A stretch of DNA of 64,000 bases from Acidobacteriota bacterium (GTDB lineage: Bacteria; Acidobacteriota; UBA890; WLXD01). Shown here in pieces: positions 1 through 10,210 of this stretch. Made by a program: the position numbers and the translations under genes. Within the stretch, counting starts at the first letter, position 1, and every line of letters starts with the position of its first letter. The notes below the pieces were generated by a model. It was not told where the DNA came from, searched no databases, and saw nothing but the letters and a program-made list of their open reading frames with translations. Where the stretch lies: the NCBI GenBank assembly GCA_965205505.1, contig CBDBHB010000009.1, forward strand, positions 2,368,001 through 2,432,000, in the 5' to 3' direction.

Positions 1-1
1 C

Positions 2-829
2 GAAACCTCCGAGGACTTCGGCACGCAGGGATTGCCGCCGTCACATCCGCAGCTGCTGGATTGGCTGGCGCTGCAATTCGTCCACGAGCACGAGTGGAGC
101 GTGAAATCGCTGCTTCGTCAGATCGTGACTTCAGCGACCTACCGGCAGTCGTCGGTCTTCAGCGCAGACGGACTGCTACGCGACCCGCGCAACCGCTTGC
201 TTGGGCGCGGTCCGAGGTTTCGGCTCACCGCCGAGCAGATTCGCGACCAGGTTCTCGCCGTGAGTGGGTTGCTCGACGACACCATGTACGGCCCGAGCGT
301 CATGCCACCGCAGCCAGAGGGCCTTTGGCAAACCCCGTACGACGACACCAGCTGGGAGACCGCCGAGGGCCCCGACCGCTACCGGCGGGCGCTGTATACC
401 TACTGACGACGGTCGGTCCCGTATCCCTCGATGACTACTTTCGACAGCCCTAGTCGCGAGTTCTGCGTGTCGCGGCGGGTGCGCACCAACACCCCGCTTC
501 AGGCCCTGGTAACGCTCAATGACCCGGCGTTTGTCGAGGCGGCCCAGGCGCTCGCGTTCCGAATGCTCGAGCAGCACGAAGACGGCCCCGACGCCGGTCA
601 TCCCAACGCCTGGCTCGCCACCGGCTTTCGGCTGGCGCTCGGCAGGGAGCCCGACAACGGCGCCCTGTCGGCGTTGCGGAGCCTGTACGACGATGCGGGG
701 CGCCATTACGATGGCGCATCGGCCGACCGCGTTGCGATGAGCGGTTCCGATGCCGGGCGCGAGCACGCGACGCTCACCGTCGTGGCCAACGCGATCTTGA
801 ACCTCGACGCTTTCCTGACGAAGGAATGA
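2..829 (+). pseudogene. DUF1553 (PSD1)-type protein, 3' part, interrupted by in-frame TGA at 404-406
   Basis: Frame reads [22 protein letters not shown]...RRALYTY*RRSVPYPSMTTFDSP...TNTPLQAL. ORFs 32..406 and 431..829 share a frame, and the stop sits where this family usually has Trp. The 5' end lies outside the window. Confidence 0.8.
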
Positions 830-841
830 GGTAGTAGCGGA

Positions 842-2317
842 ATGAACGTGCATGAGGAGGCGCGTCGTCGAACCCTGGAGCACACGACGCGCCGCCATTT
901 CCTCAGGAGCGCCTCGAACGGCCTCGGCGGGGTGGTGTTGGCCTCGATGTTCGGGTGCCGTGCGACCTCGGTCGACGCCCCTCGCAGCCCGATGCTCCGC
1001 GACTTGGCCGAGCCGCTGGCGCAGCGCGCGCCACACTTCGCCCCGAAAGCCAAACGGGTCATCTTCCTGCACATGGCGGGGGCACCATCCCAGCACGAGC
1101 TGTTCGACTACAAGCCCGAACTGGCGCGGCTCGACGGTCAGCCGTGTCCGCAGTCGCTGATCGAGGGCAAGCGGTTCGCGTTCATTCGCGGCATACCGAA
1201 GATGCTCGGGCCCCAAGCCACGTTTCAGCAACACGGAGATTCCGGGGCGTGGGTGTCGAACCACCTGCCCCATTTCGCCTCGATGGTCGACGACGTGGCC
1301 TTCCTCAAGGCGATGCACACCAACGAGTTCAACCACGCGCCGGCGCAGCTGCTGGTTCACACCGGCAGCGCGCGGCTCGGGCGACCGAGCATGGGGTCGT
1401 GGGTCACCTACGGTCTCGGCACCGAGAACTCCGACCTGCCCGGTTTCGTGGTGCTACTGTCAGGTGGGGTTTCGCCCGACGCGGGTGCCAGCGTGTACGG
1501 CAGCGGTTTCTTGCCGTCCGTATATCAAGGTGTGCAGTGCCGGTCTCACGGCGATCCGGTGCTGTTCGTTGCGGATCCCGCTGGCCTGCCGCGCGACGTA
1601 CGGCGTAGTTCCATCGACGCCATCAATCGCATCAACGAGCGACAGTACGCCGAGGTCGGTGATCCGGAGATCCTGACGCGCATCGCCCAGTACGAGCTCG
1701 CCTTCCGCATGCAGGTCTCCGTTCCGGAGGCGATGGATATCAGCAAGGAGCCGGAGTCGATCAAGGAGATGTACGGTGCCGAGCCCGGCATCACCTCGTT
1801 CGCCAACAACTGTCGGTTGGTGGAGCGCGGCGTGCGCTTCGTACAGCTGTTCGACTGGGGGTGGGACGCGCACGGCGCCGCCGAGAGCGAAGCGCTGAAT
1901 GGGGGGTTCCTCCGTCGCTGCAAGGCCACCGACCGTCCGATGACCGCACTCCTCGAGGACTTGAAGCAGCGGGGACTGCTCGACGAGACGCTGGTGGTCT
2001 AGGGCGGCGAGTTCGGCCGCACGCCGATGCTGGAGAATCGCAGTGGGTCCGACAATCCCTACATCGGTCGCGACCACCACAGCGATGTCTTCACCATGTG
2101 GCTGGCCGGCGGCGGGGTGAAAGCGGGTACGACGCACGGCGAGACCGACGAGATCGGATACAGCGGCGTGAGCGGACGGGTCCACATCCACGACCTCCAG
2201 GCAACGATCCTTCATCTGCTGGGCTTCGACCACGAACAGCTCATCTACCCGTTTCAGGGACGCGACTACCGCCTCACGGACGTGCACGGCAAGGTGGTGC
2301 GGGAGATTCTGGCGTGA
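842..2317 (+). pseudogene. DUF1501 sulfatase-like protein with Tat-like N-terminus, interrupted by in-frame TAG at 2000-2002
   Basis: TRRHFL N-terminus, AKRVIFLHMAGAPSQ, RPSMGSWVTYGLG, and [12 protein letters not shown] (usually [11 protein letters not shown]). ORFs 842..2002 and 2027..2317 are in the same frame. Confidence 0.85.
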
Positions 2318-2336
2318 ACGGCGTGAGCACGGCGGT

Positions 2337-3831
2337 GTGACCGCCGATCGACCAGGGAAGTCTGAGCTGGCGCTCGTTGCCGGGTTGTTGTTGCTGCTCG
2401 TGCTTTCGGTCACCGTGGCCCCGGGCCGGGAAGGGGACCTCGAGCTGTTCTTTGGACGATTCCACCCGGCGCTCGTGCACCTGCCGATCGGCGTCCTGTT
2501 GCTCGCGGTGTTGCTCGAGGGCATCCTGCGCAGCTCGCGGTTCGGAGCTGGCGGTCATGCGGTGGCAGCCGTTCTCCTGGTCGGTGCTTGGAGCGCGATC
2601 CTGGCGGCGGTTGCAGGTCTGTATCTGGCGCAGGGCGGCGGCTACGTCGCCAGCACGTTGCTGTGGCACCGGCGTCTGGGAATCGGCATCGCCGTCGTCG
2701 CCGTGACCGCGTACGTGTTCAAGAAAACGGGCATTGCGGCAGGCGACGGAACAACCCGGCTACGTGTTCCTCCTGTCGCTGGCCTGCATCGGAGTCGTCG
2801 TCGGCGGCCATCTGGGCGGCGAGCTGACACGTGGCGAGGGCTACCTGACGCGCTACATGCCCGACGGTGTGCGGACGATCGCCGGGCTGCCGCCCAAGGC
2901 GGCTATCGGGCAGCTGTCGATCGAGAGACCCGAGGAAGCCACCGTCTACTCGGCGTTGATCGAACCGGTCTTTGCCGAGCGCTGCGCCACCTGCCACAAC
3001 GGCATCGAGCTACGAGGTGGTCTACGTCTCGACGCTCCCGAGGGCATCCTCGAGGGTGGTCAGAGCGGCGAAGTGTTGGTAGCGGGGAGGGCAGAAGCCA
3101 GCGAGCTCATCCGCCGCATGTGGTTGCCGATCGAGCACGACGATCACATGCCGCCCGAGGACCGCCCGCAGCCGAGCGTCGCGCAGGCCGAGCTGATCCG
3201 CTGGTGGATCGATCGCGGCGCCTCGTTCGACGCCAAGCTCAGCGAGGCGGAAACTACGCCGATCGTCCAGGCGATCTTCGACGGCTACGGCCTCGATGAG
3301 ATCCGCACCGGGATCTTCTCGCTCGACGTCGCGCCGCCGGCCGCGGGAGCGGTCGAGGCCCTGCGAGCACTCGGTGCCGCGGTGAGCGAGCTCGGTGAGG
3401 ACGAGCCGTTTCTTGAGGTACGCTGTGTCGTCGAAGCGTGTACCGGCGAGATCCTCGCCGCCGCCCTGGAGCCGGTGGCGAAACAAGTCGCCTGGCTCGA
3501 CCTGGGCAATTCGCCAGTCGACGACGCCAGCTTGAGCACCCTGGCACGGTTGAGCAACCTGACCCGGCTGCACCTGGAAGGAACGGCGGTGACCGATGCC
3601 GGCCTGAGCCATCTTGCCGAGCTGCCCTATCTGGAGTACCTCAACCTCTACGCCACCTCGGTGACCGACGACGGCCTGCAGCACCTCACCGAGCTACCTC
3701 GACTTCGTGCCCTCTATCTCTGGCAGACGGGAGTGACGGCGGAGGGCGCCGAGCGCCTCCGCGACGCGTTGCCGGGGCTGGAGATCAACCTCGGTGTTAC
3801 GATGCCGTCCGCGTCGGTCGAACGACCCTGA
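2337..3831 (+). pseudogene. DUF2231-like membrane domain + planctomycete-type cytochrome c + leucine-rich repeats, frameshifted near 2721-2730
   Basis: GRFHPALVHLPIG in ORF 2337; GHLGGELT.GEGYLT, CATCH haem motif, HMPP and LRR-like repeats in ORF 2734..3831. Removing one A from AAGAAAACGG joins the two frames. Confidence 0.75.
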
Positions 3832-3885
3832 GAAACCACGCGCGGCGGCCATCGGGCTCGCCCGCGGCAAAGAGAGGCAACTGCC

Positions 3886-5433
3886 ATGAAGCGTAATGTC
3901 GCGACTGTGATCTTCGCGCTGGTGGCGGTTGCCGCCTGCACCGGTACCGACAATCCGTACGCCGACAAGTTCACCACCGTCGATACGACCTGGGCAGTGA
4001 CCGCCGATGAGGGCCACGAGTGGGCGATGGTGAGGAGCGACAACCTGCCGGCGTTCAACGGTAGCCCGGAGTGGAACAACTACGTGGGGTTTCTCGAAGA
4101 GAAGCTGGTCGAGTACGGCGCCGTCGACGTGTACCACAACAGCTGGATGTTCGAACGCTGGCAAACCTCGTTCGACAACACGAACTGGTCGCTGGTTTCC
4201 GACGGTGAGCCGGTACGCGTGGCCCACTACGCCGCCAACTCGGGCAATACCGGGCCGGAAGGCATCACGGCCGAAATGGTCTATTACGACCACGACAATC
4301 CGCCCGATTCGATCGAGGGCAAGATCGTGGTGATACCCACCCGGCCGCACCCGGAACCGCCCTACGACGAGAGGTACATTCGTAGCTTTACGTTCAACGA
4401 CTACGAGTGGCGCGCCAACGACGACACGTACCTGGAGCTGTTCGAGTTCGTTCCGCCGGAGTTTTCCATCACCTTCGATATCTGGTGGCAGCTGGGCCAG
4501 GGCCTTTGGCGAATCGCCGTGGACGGAGGCGCGGCCGGCCACGTGATCGTCTATGACATGGCTTTCGAGCGCACCGAGGGGCTATATACGTTCGGTGTGC
4601 CGCCGCTGCACGAGTCGCCGGGGGTGATCCTCAGTCGCGAGGATGGCGCCAAGGTGCTCGAGGACGCCAAAGCCGGTAAGACGGCCACGTTGCGGCTCGA
4701 GGCCACGGTCGAGGAGTCCGAGGCCTATCAGACGATCGCCTATCTGCCTGGCCGGGACTACGGCACGCCCGACGACGAGCAGATCATGATGATCAACCAC
4801 ACCGACGGCCCGTCGATTACCCAGGACAACGGTGCTCTCGGGTTGCTCGCGATCGTCAAGTACTTCTCCAACATTCCGCAGGAGCACCGCCCGCGGACGC
4901 TGACGATCTTCCTGGACGGCCGTCACTACTACCCCGGCGCAGAGCGTGCGTCGGCGGAGGTGAGCTGGCTGGCGCGGCATCCGGAGGCCGAAGAGCCGCT
5001 GGTGGCGCTCATGCATATCGAGCACATGGGCGAGATGGACTTCCGCGAGGTCGACGGAGTTGTGGAGCCCGTGGGGCTGGCCGAGCAGTCGTACCTGTGG
5101 ACGCGCAACAACCCGGTGCTGATTGACGCGGCGGTCGCTGCCGCCAAGGAGCACGGCTGGGAGCGCGTGCAGGTGGCGGTGCCGGAACGCCCCGGTATCA
5201 ACGGCGGCCTGCAGCAGAGATGGTGGGGCGTCGCGGGGCGGTTTCATCGCCGCTGCGACGACTGCCTCGACCTTCCAGGCTTCGGTCTCGGCAGCTTCCT
5301 GGGACTCTATTGGACGACGGCCAGCGGTATCGAGCGCTTCAGCAAGGAGCTGTTCGAGGATCAGGCGCACACGATGACTCAGCTCACGGGTGTGCTGATG
5401 ACCGCCGACCTCGACGAGATCCGCCCCGAGTAG
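3886..5433 (+). CDS. Putative lipoprotein, PA-domain / M28-like metallohydrolase, paralog 1
   Basis: 515 aa; MKRN + hydrophobic stretch + VAAC lipobox; GKIVV PA-like segment; NHTDG, DNG and EHMG motifs; GAGG upstream. Confidence 0.7.
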   Translation: MKRNVATVIFALVAVAACTGTDNPYADKFTTVDTTWAVTADEGHEWAMVRSDNLPAFNGSPEWNNYVGFLEEKLVEYGAVDVYHNSWMFERWQTSFDNTNWSLVSDGEPVRVAHYAANSGNTGPEGITAEMVYYDHDNPPDSIEGKIVVIPTRPHPEPPYDERYIRSFTFNDYEWRANDDTYLELFEFVPPEFSITFDIWWQLGQGLWRIAVDGGAAGHVIVYDMAFERTEGLYTFGVPPLHESPGVILSREDGAKVLEDAKAGKTATLRLEATVEESEAYQTIAYLPGRDYGTPDDEQIMMINHTDGPSITQDNGALGLLAIVKYFSNIPQEHRPRTLTIFLDGRHYYPGAERASAEVSWLARHPEAEEPLVALMHIEHMGEMDFREVDGVVEPVGLAEQSYLWTRNNPVLIDAAVAAAKEHGWERVQVAVPERPGINGGLQQRWWGVAGRFHRRCDDCLDLPGFGLGSFLGLYWTTASGIERFSKELFEDQAHTMTQLTGVLMTADLDEIRPE

Positions 5434-5443
5434 GAAACAGAGA

Positions 5444-7060
5444 ATGTTCAATCGATACTTGAAGCTGTGGCCCTCGAGCGCGCCGACCCGAACGGAGCTC
5501 GCAAGCACAAGCGCACGAGCGCAGATGATCGTCATCGTTCTGTCGGCGCTTACGGTGGGCTGCGGTGGCGCCGCTGACAACCCGTATGCCGACAAGTTCA
5601 CCAACGTCGATCCGGAGTGGGCGGTTACGGCCGACGAGGGCTACGAATGGGCGCTGGTGAAAAGCGCCAACCTGCCGGCGATGAACGGCAGCCCGGAGTG
5701 GGTCAACTACGTCGGGTTCCTCGAGGAGAAGCTGCGCGAGTACGGCGTCGTCGACATGCACCGCAACCGCTGGATGTACGACCGCTGGCACACCTCGAAG
5801 GACAACAGCGGCTGGTCGCTGGTCTCCGACGGCGATCCGGTGCGGGTTGCCCACTATGCCGCCAATTCCGGGAACACCGGCCCTGAGGGCGTCACCGCCG
5901 AGATGATCTACTACGACCACGACGACCCGCCCGACTCGATCGAGGGCAAGATCGTGGTAATCCCGACCAGACCACATCCCAAGCCGCCATACGACGACAA
6001 TTACCTCGTGAATTTCACCTTCAACGACTACGAGTGGCGTGCCAACGACGACACCTACTGGGAGCTGTTCGAGTTCGTGCCACCGGAGTTCAGCATCACC
6101 TTCGACATCTGGTGGCAGCTGCGGCAGGGCCTGTGGCAGATCGCCGTGGAGGGAAACGCCGTCGGCCACGTGATTGTCTACGACATGGCGTTCGAGCGCA
6201 CCGAGGGGCTCTACACGTTCGGGGTGCCGCCGCTGCACGAGTCACCGGGTGTGATCCTGAGCCGTGAGGACGGCGCCAAGGTGCTCGAAGACGCCAAGGT
6301 GGGGAAAACGGCCACGCTGCGGCTGGAAGCGACGATCGAGGAGACGGAGGCGTACCAGACGATCTCCTATCTGCCTGGCCGCGACTACGGCACGCCCGAC
6401 GACGAGCAGATCCTGCTGATCAACCACACCGACGGCCCGTCGGTTACCCAGGACAATGGCGCGCTCGGGCTGCTGGCCATCGTCAAGTACTTCTCCAACA
6501 TTCCCCAGGAACACCGGCCGCGAACGCTCACCGTCTTCCTCGACAGCCGACATTACTATCCAGGGGCCGAGCGAGCCTCATACGAGGTGAGCTGGCTGAC
6601 GCGAAATCCGCAAGCGAAGGAGCCTCTGGTAGCGATGATCCAGGCCGAGCACATGGGCGAGAACGACTATCGCGAGGTCGACGGCGTCGTGGAGCCGGTG
6701 GGGCTGGCCGAGCAATCGTATCTGTGGTCGCGCAACAATCAGGTACTCATCGAGGCGGCGATCGCGGCCGCCAAAGAGCACGACTGGGAGCGCGTGCAAG
6801 TAGCGGTGCCCGAGCGCCCGGGTATCAACGGCGGTCTCCAGCAGGTGTGGTGGGGTGTCGGCTCCCGAGCCTTGCCTGGCTCTTGGCACAGTCTCGACCT
6901 GCCCGGCTACGGCCTCGGCGGATTCCTCGGCCTCTATTGGACGACGGCGTCCGGGATCGAACGCTGGAACAAGGAGCTGTTCGAGGACCAAGCGCACACG
7001 ATGACGCAGCTCGCCGGTGTGCTGATGACCGCCGACCTAGAGGAGATTCGACCCGAGTAG
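5444..7060 (+). CDS. Putative lipoprotein, PA-domain / M28-like metallohydrolase, paralog 2
   Basis: 538 aa, collinear with paralog 1 with long identical blocks; TVGC lipobox; start could be 5525. Confidence 0.7.
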   Translation: MFNRYLKLWPSSAPTRTELASTSARAQMIVIVLSALTVGCGGAADNPYADKFTNVDPEWAVTADEGYEWALVKSANLPAMNGSPEWVNYVGFLEEKLREYGVVDMHRNRWMYDRWHTSKDNSGWSLVSDGDPVRVAHYAANSGNTGPEGVTAEMIYYDHDDPPDSIEGKIVVIPTRPHPKPPYDDNYLVNFTFNDYEWRANDDTYWELFEFVPPEFSITFDIWWQLRQGLWQIAVEGNAVGHVIVYDMAFERTEGLYTFGVPPLHESPGVILSREDGAKVLEDAKVGKTATLRLEATIEETEAYQTISYLPGRDYGTPDDEQILLINHTDGPSVTQDNGALGLLAIVKYFSNIPQEHRPRTLTVFLDSRHYYPGAERASYEVSWLTRNPQAKEPLVAMIQAEHMGENDYREVDGVVEPVGLAEQSYLWSRNNQVLIEAAIAAAKEHDWERVQVAVPERPGINGGLQQVWWGVGSRALPGSWHSLDLPGYGLGGFLGLYWTTASGIERWNKELFEDQAHTMTQLAGVLMTADLEEIRPE

Positions 7061-7138
7061 CATCCCAATGCACCGGGCTATGCCGGCAGATCCGACGATA
7101 GGGACAAGAAAGAAAGTTACGAAAGAGGGAGACGGTCG

Positions 7139-8893
7139 ATGGTGTGTCGCTCGTTGGGAGTCGTCGTGGTTGCTGTGACCGTCATGGCTGGGCTGGTGCT
7201 GGCTGCCGACGGTCGCGAGGGCGGAGTGCGCCTCCAAGCAACGAGACCCGCCGACATCGTCTTTCGTAACGGCGACGTGTACACGGTCGATGCCGCACGG
7301 ACGTGGGCGCGTGCCGTCGCCGTGGCCGGCAACCGCATCGTCTACGTTGGTCCCGATGCCGGAGCGGAGGCGTTCGTGGGTACCGACACCCGGGTCGTCG
7401 ACCTGGATGGACGCATGCTCATGCCCGGCTTCCAGGACTCGCACGTGCACCCGAGCGGTCAGAGCCTCGACCTTGCGCGGCTCGACAATATGGTCGATAG
7501 CACCGAGGTGCTGCGGACGATCCAGGAATACGCGGATGCGAATCCGGACCGAGCGTGGATTCTCGGCGGCGGCTGGCTCGAAGCGGCGTTCAAGCCCTCG
7601 GGGGTACCGACGCGGCAGATGCTCGACGAGGTTGTGCGCGATCGTCCGGCGCTGATGACCAACGCCTCGGGACACCAGGGGTGGGCGAACTCGAGGGCGC
7701 TCGAGATCGCCGGGATCACCGCCGATACCCCAGATCCACCCAATGGTCGCATTGATCACGATGACGAGGGCGAGCCCAGCGGGATTCTTCAGGAAGCGGC
7801 GCAGGGCCTGGTGCGGCAGCACATCCCGCCAAGCACGCACGAGTTCCGTATCGAGTCGCGCCGAGCAGCATTGCGGGAGATGGCCAGGCTGGGAATCACC
7901 GCGATCGTCGACGCCTCCTCGTCGCCGGCGAGCGAGGCGGAGTTCGCCGAGCTCGAGGATGCCGGAGAGCTGACGGTCCGCGCGGTGGCCTGTCAGCGCT
8001 ATAGCCCGCAGCGCGACGACGAGGAGCAGATCCGCGATTTCATCGCTCGCCGCACAGCGCTCGGCGACGGCCAGCTTCGCGCCACCTGCGTGAAGATTGG
8101 CCTCGACGGCATCATCGAGCACCACACGGCCTCGGTACTGGAACCCTTCGTCGATCGAGACGACGGATATCGCGGCCCCATATTCGTGGAGCCGGAGCGC
8201 CTGCGCAGGGTCGTCACCCGGCTGGATGCCGAGGGTTTCCAAGTCCACATCCACGCGATCGCCGATCGTTCCGCGCGCCAGTCGTTGAACGCTATCGAAC
8301 AGGCCCAGCGGATCAACGGAACCGGCGGCGGCCGCCACCATCTGGCACATCTGCAGCTGCTCGACCCGGAGGACATGCCACGCCTGCGTACCCTGGGCGT
8401 GACCGCTAACATGACTCCCCTTTGGGGCAGGGGCGACGACTGGGAGACCGTGTTCGCCGTCCGGGTGCTGGGCCCCGAGCGCAGCGAGCGGCTTCTTCAG
8501 CACAACTCCATCATCGGCGTCGGCGCAAACCTCGTGTGGGGCACGGATTGGCCGGTGACCAGCCTGGTCCCGGTGGAAGGTTTGGAGACCGCTGCTACCC
8601 GTCGCTACCTAGGTGGACTCGATCCGTATGGTGAGCCCGATCAGTCGTGGCTACCCGAGGAGCGCATCACGCTCGGCGACGCCATCGCCGCCTACACGAT
8701 CTCTGGCGCCTTCCTTTTGTTCGAGGAGGACGAGCGCGGCTCCATCGAGGTCGGTAAGCTGGCCGACTTGGTGGTGATGGAGAAAAACTTGTTCGAGATA
8801 CCGCTGCTCGAGATCCACGAAGTCGCCGTCGACATGACGGTCTTCGACGGCCGGGTGGTGTTCGACCGCGAGACGTCGCCGGCGAGAGACTAG
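7139..8893 (+). CDS. Amidohydrolase-3 (YtcJ-like) family protein with signal peptide
   Basis: PGFQDSHVH, KIGLDG, HAIAD, GTDWP and GSIEVGKLADLVV motifs; GAGGGA upstream. Confidence 0.9.
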   Translation: MVCRSLGVVVVAVTVMAGLVLAADGREGGVRLQATRPADIVFRNGDVYTVDAARTWARAVAVAGNRIVYVGPDAGAEAFVGTDTRVVDLDGRMLMPGFQDSHVHPSGQSLDLARLDNMVDSTEVLRTIQEYADANPDRAWILGGGWLEAAFKPSGVPTRQMLDEVVRDRPALMTNASGHQGWANSRALEIAGITADTPDPPNGRIDHDDEGEPSGILQEAAQGLVRQHIPPSTHEFRIESRRAALREMARLGITAIVDASSSPASEAEFAELEDAGELTVRAVACQRYSPQRDDEEQIRDFIARRTALGDGQLRATCVKIGLDGIIEHHTASVLEPFVDRDDGYRGPIFVEPERLRRVVTRLDAEGFQVHIHAIADRSARQSLNAIEQAQRINGTGGGRHHLAHLQLLDPEDMPRLRTLGVTANMTPLWGRGDDWETVFAVRVLGPERSERLLQHNSIIGVGANLVWGTDWPVTSLVPVEGLETAATRRYLGGLDPYGEPDQSWLPEERITLGDAIAAYTISGAFLLFEEDERGSIEVGKLADLVVMEKNLFEIPLLEIHEVAVDMTVFDGRVVFDRETSPARD

Positions 8894-8982
8894 CGTTACG
8901 CCGCCGATGCTAAGATACGCCCGCGCCGCAGCCCAGGTTCCACGCGGCGCCTCGATTCTGGACTTCGCTGTCGGACTGACGA

Positions 8983-9735
8983 TTGAGCGTTCGAGACCAG
9001 CTGACGCGGTTAGCAAGCTTGCAGGACGCGGAGCTACGGCTCGGTCAGATCGAAGAGGAGCTGGCGAGCTTGCCCGGCCAGCGCAGCGAACGTCAGCTGC
9101 GCGTCACCGAAGCCAAGGCGAGCATCGCGGCGGCCGAGGCGGAACGAGAGGAGAGTCTCAAGACGCACCGTCTGCGAGAAGGTGAGCTGCAAGACGTCGA
9201 GGGCAGGATCGACAAGTATCGCGAGCAGGAGATGCTCGTGCGGACGAACACCCAGCTATGGGCCATACAAGCGGAGATCAATCAGGCACAGAAGGCGGCC
9301 GGCAAGGTCGAGACCAAGATTCTCGAGGAAATGGAGCGGGCCGACCAGCTCGAGTCGGAGATCCAGCGTCGAGGGGCAGACCTCGAGGAGATCGAGCGCC
9401 TGACTCGATCGGAGATTGAAGGCATCGACCAGCGCCAGGCCGAGTTGGAGATCGATCGTGCCAAGCTCACCACCGACGTCCATGACCTCCGGATCACCGT
9501 CGACGCGGATCTGCGCGCGCGTTACGAGCGCATCAAGGGGCGCCGCGGCGGCGTGGCGATCGGGGAGGCGGTTGATGGGACCTGCCAGGCGTGCAACGTC
9601 CGCCTCCGTCCGCAGCTGTGGCTCGAGGTGTTGAACATGGAAACGCCCGTGCAGTGCGACAACTGCCAGCGGATCCTCTTTGCGCGCGATGCCCTGGAGC
9701 TGCCCTCGTCGATCAAGGTAGCAATCGACGATTGA
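8983..9735 (+). CDS. Coiled-coil protein with C4 zinc ribbon (DUF164 type)
   Basis: LQDAE N-terminus, long heptad region, C-terminal CQAC...CDNCQRIL. Confidence 0.85.
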   Translation: MSVRDQLTRLASLQDAELRLGQIEEELASLPGQRSERQLRVTEAKASIAAAEAEREESLKTHRLREGELQDVEGRIDKYREQEMLVRTNTQLWAIQAEINQAQKAAGKVETKILEEMERADQLESEIQRRGADLEEIERLTRSEIEGIDQRQAELEIDRAKLTTDVHDLRITVDADLRARYERIKGRRGGVAIGEAVDGTCQACNVRLRPQLWLEVLNMETPVQCDNCQRILFARDALELPSSIKVAIDD

Positions 9736-10154
9736 GAGCTGGCGATCGGATATTCGTTGCGCATATTGACGGTGCGTCGCGCGGCAACCCGGGCCACGCC
9801 GCCTATGGGGTGCGCGTGTGCGACGCTGCCGGCGTAGAAGTAGCGAGACTCGGGGAATATCTCGGCCGGCAAACTAATAACTACGCCGAGTACCAGGGCC
9901 TGATCGCGGCGCTGCGCTGGGCGCGAGACAACGGTGTCGAGGCGTTCGTGGTGCGCTCCGACTCGCAGCTCTTGGTGCGCCAAATGCAGGGTCGCTACAA
10001 GGTCAAGAGCGCCACCCTCCGGCCGCTGTGGCAACAGGCATCTGAGCTTGCGGCCTCGCTCGGCGAGTTCCGCCTCGAGCATGTGCGGCGCGAAAGCAAC
10101 GTCGAGGCCGATGCGCTCGCCAACGACGTGCTCGACGCACGCGCGGCCGACTAG
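9732..10154 (+). CDS. rnhA: Ribonuclease HI family protein
   Basis: DGASRGNPG, TNNYAEY, SDSQL and N.EADALAN motifs; TTG start overlaps the upstream stop (TTGA). Confidence 0.9.
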   Translation: MRAGDRIFVAHIDGASRGNPGHAAYGVRVCDAAGVEVARLGEYLGRQTNNYAEYQGLIAALRWARDNGVEAFVVRSDSQLLVRQMQGRYKVKSATLRPLWQQASELAASLGEFRLEHVRRESNVEADALANDVLDARAAD

Positions 10155-10210
10155 TGTTGCGCCCCAACTCCCCGTAACCAGGTCCACCAAACTTCCACCA
10201 CGGCCTGTGC

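Noticed and set aside
404-2002. Genome-wide stop-codon reassignment (TGA/TAG = Trp, Sec or Pyl)
   Set aside because: TGA and TAG end many conserved genes in this window at the expected positions, TGG is used normally, and the same operon also has a frameshift
3886-7060. Assembly duplication artefact for the tandem lipoproteins
   Set aside because: The copies differ at many synonymous and non-synonymous sites and in their signal peptides
176-8503. Long antisense ORFs (176..1360, 1460..2524, 4582..5604, 7037..8503 and similar throughout)
   Set aside because: Shadow frames of GC-rich genes with no recognisable motifs
8983-10154. Zn-ribbon protein + RNase HI as a novel system
   Set aside because: This pairing is already familiar in several phyla; nothing unusual here
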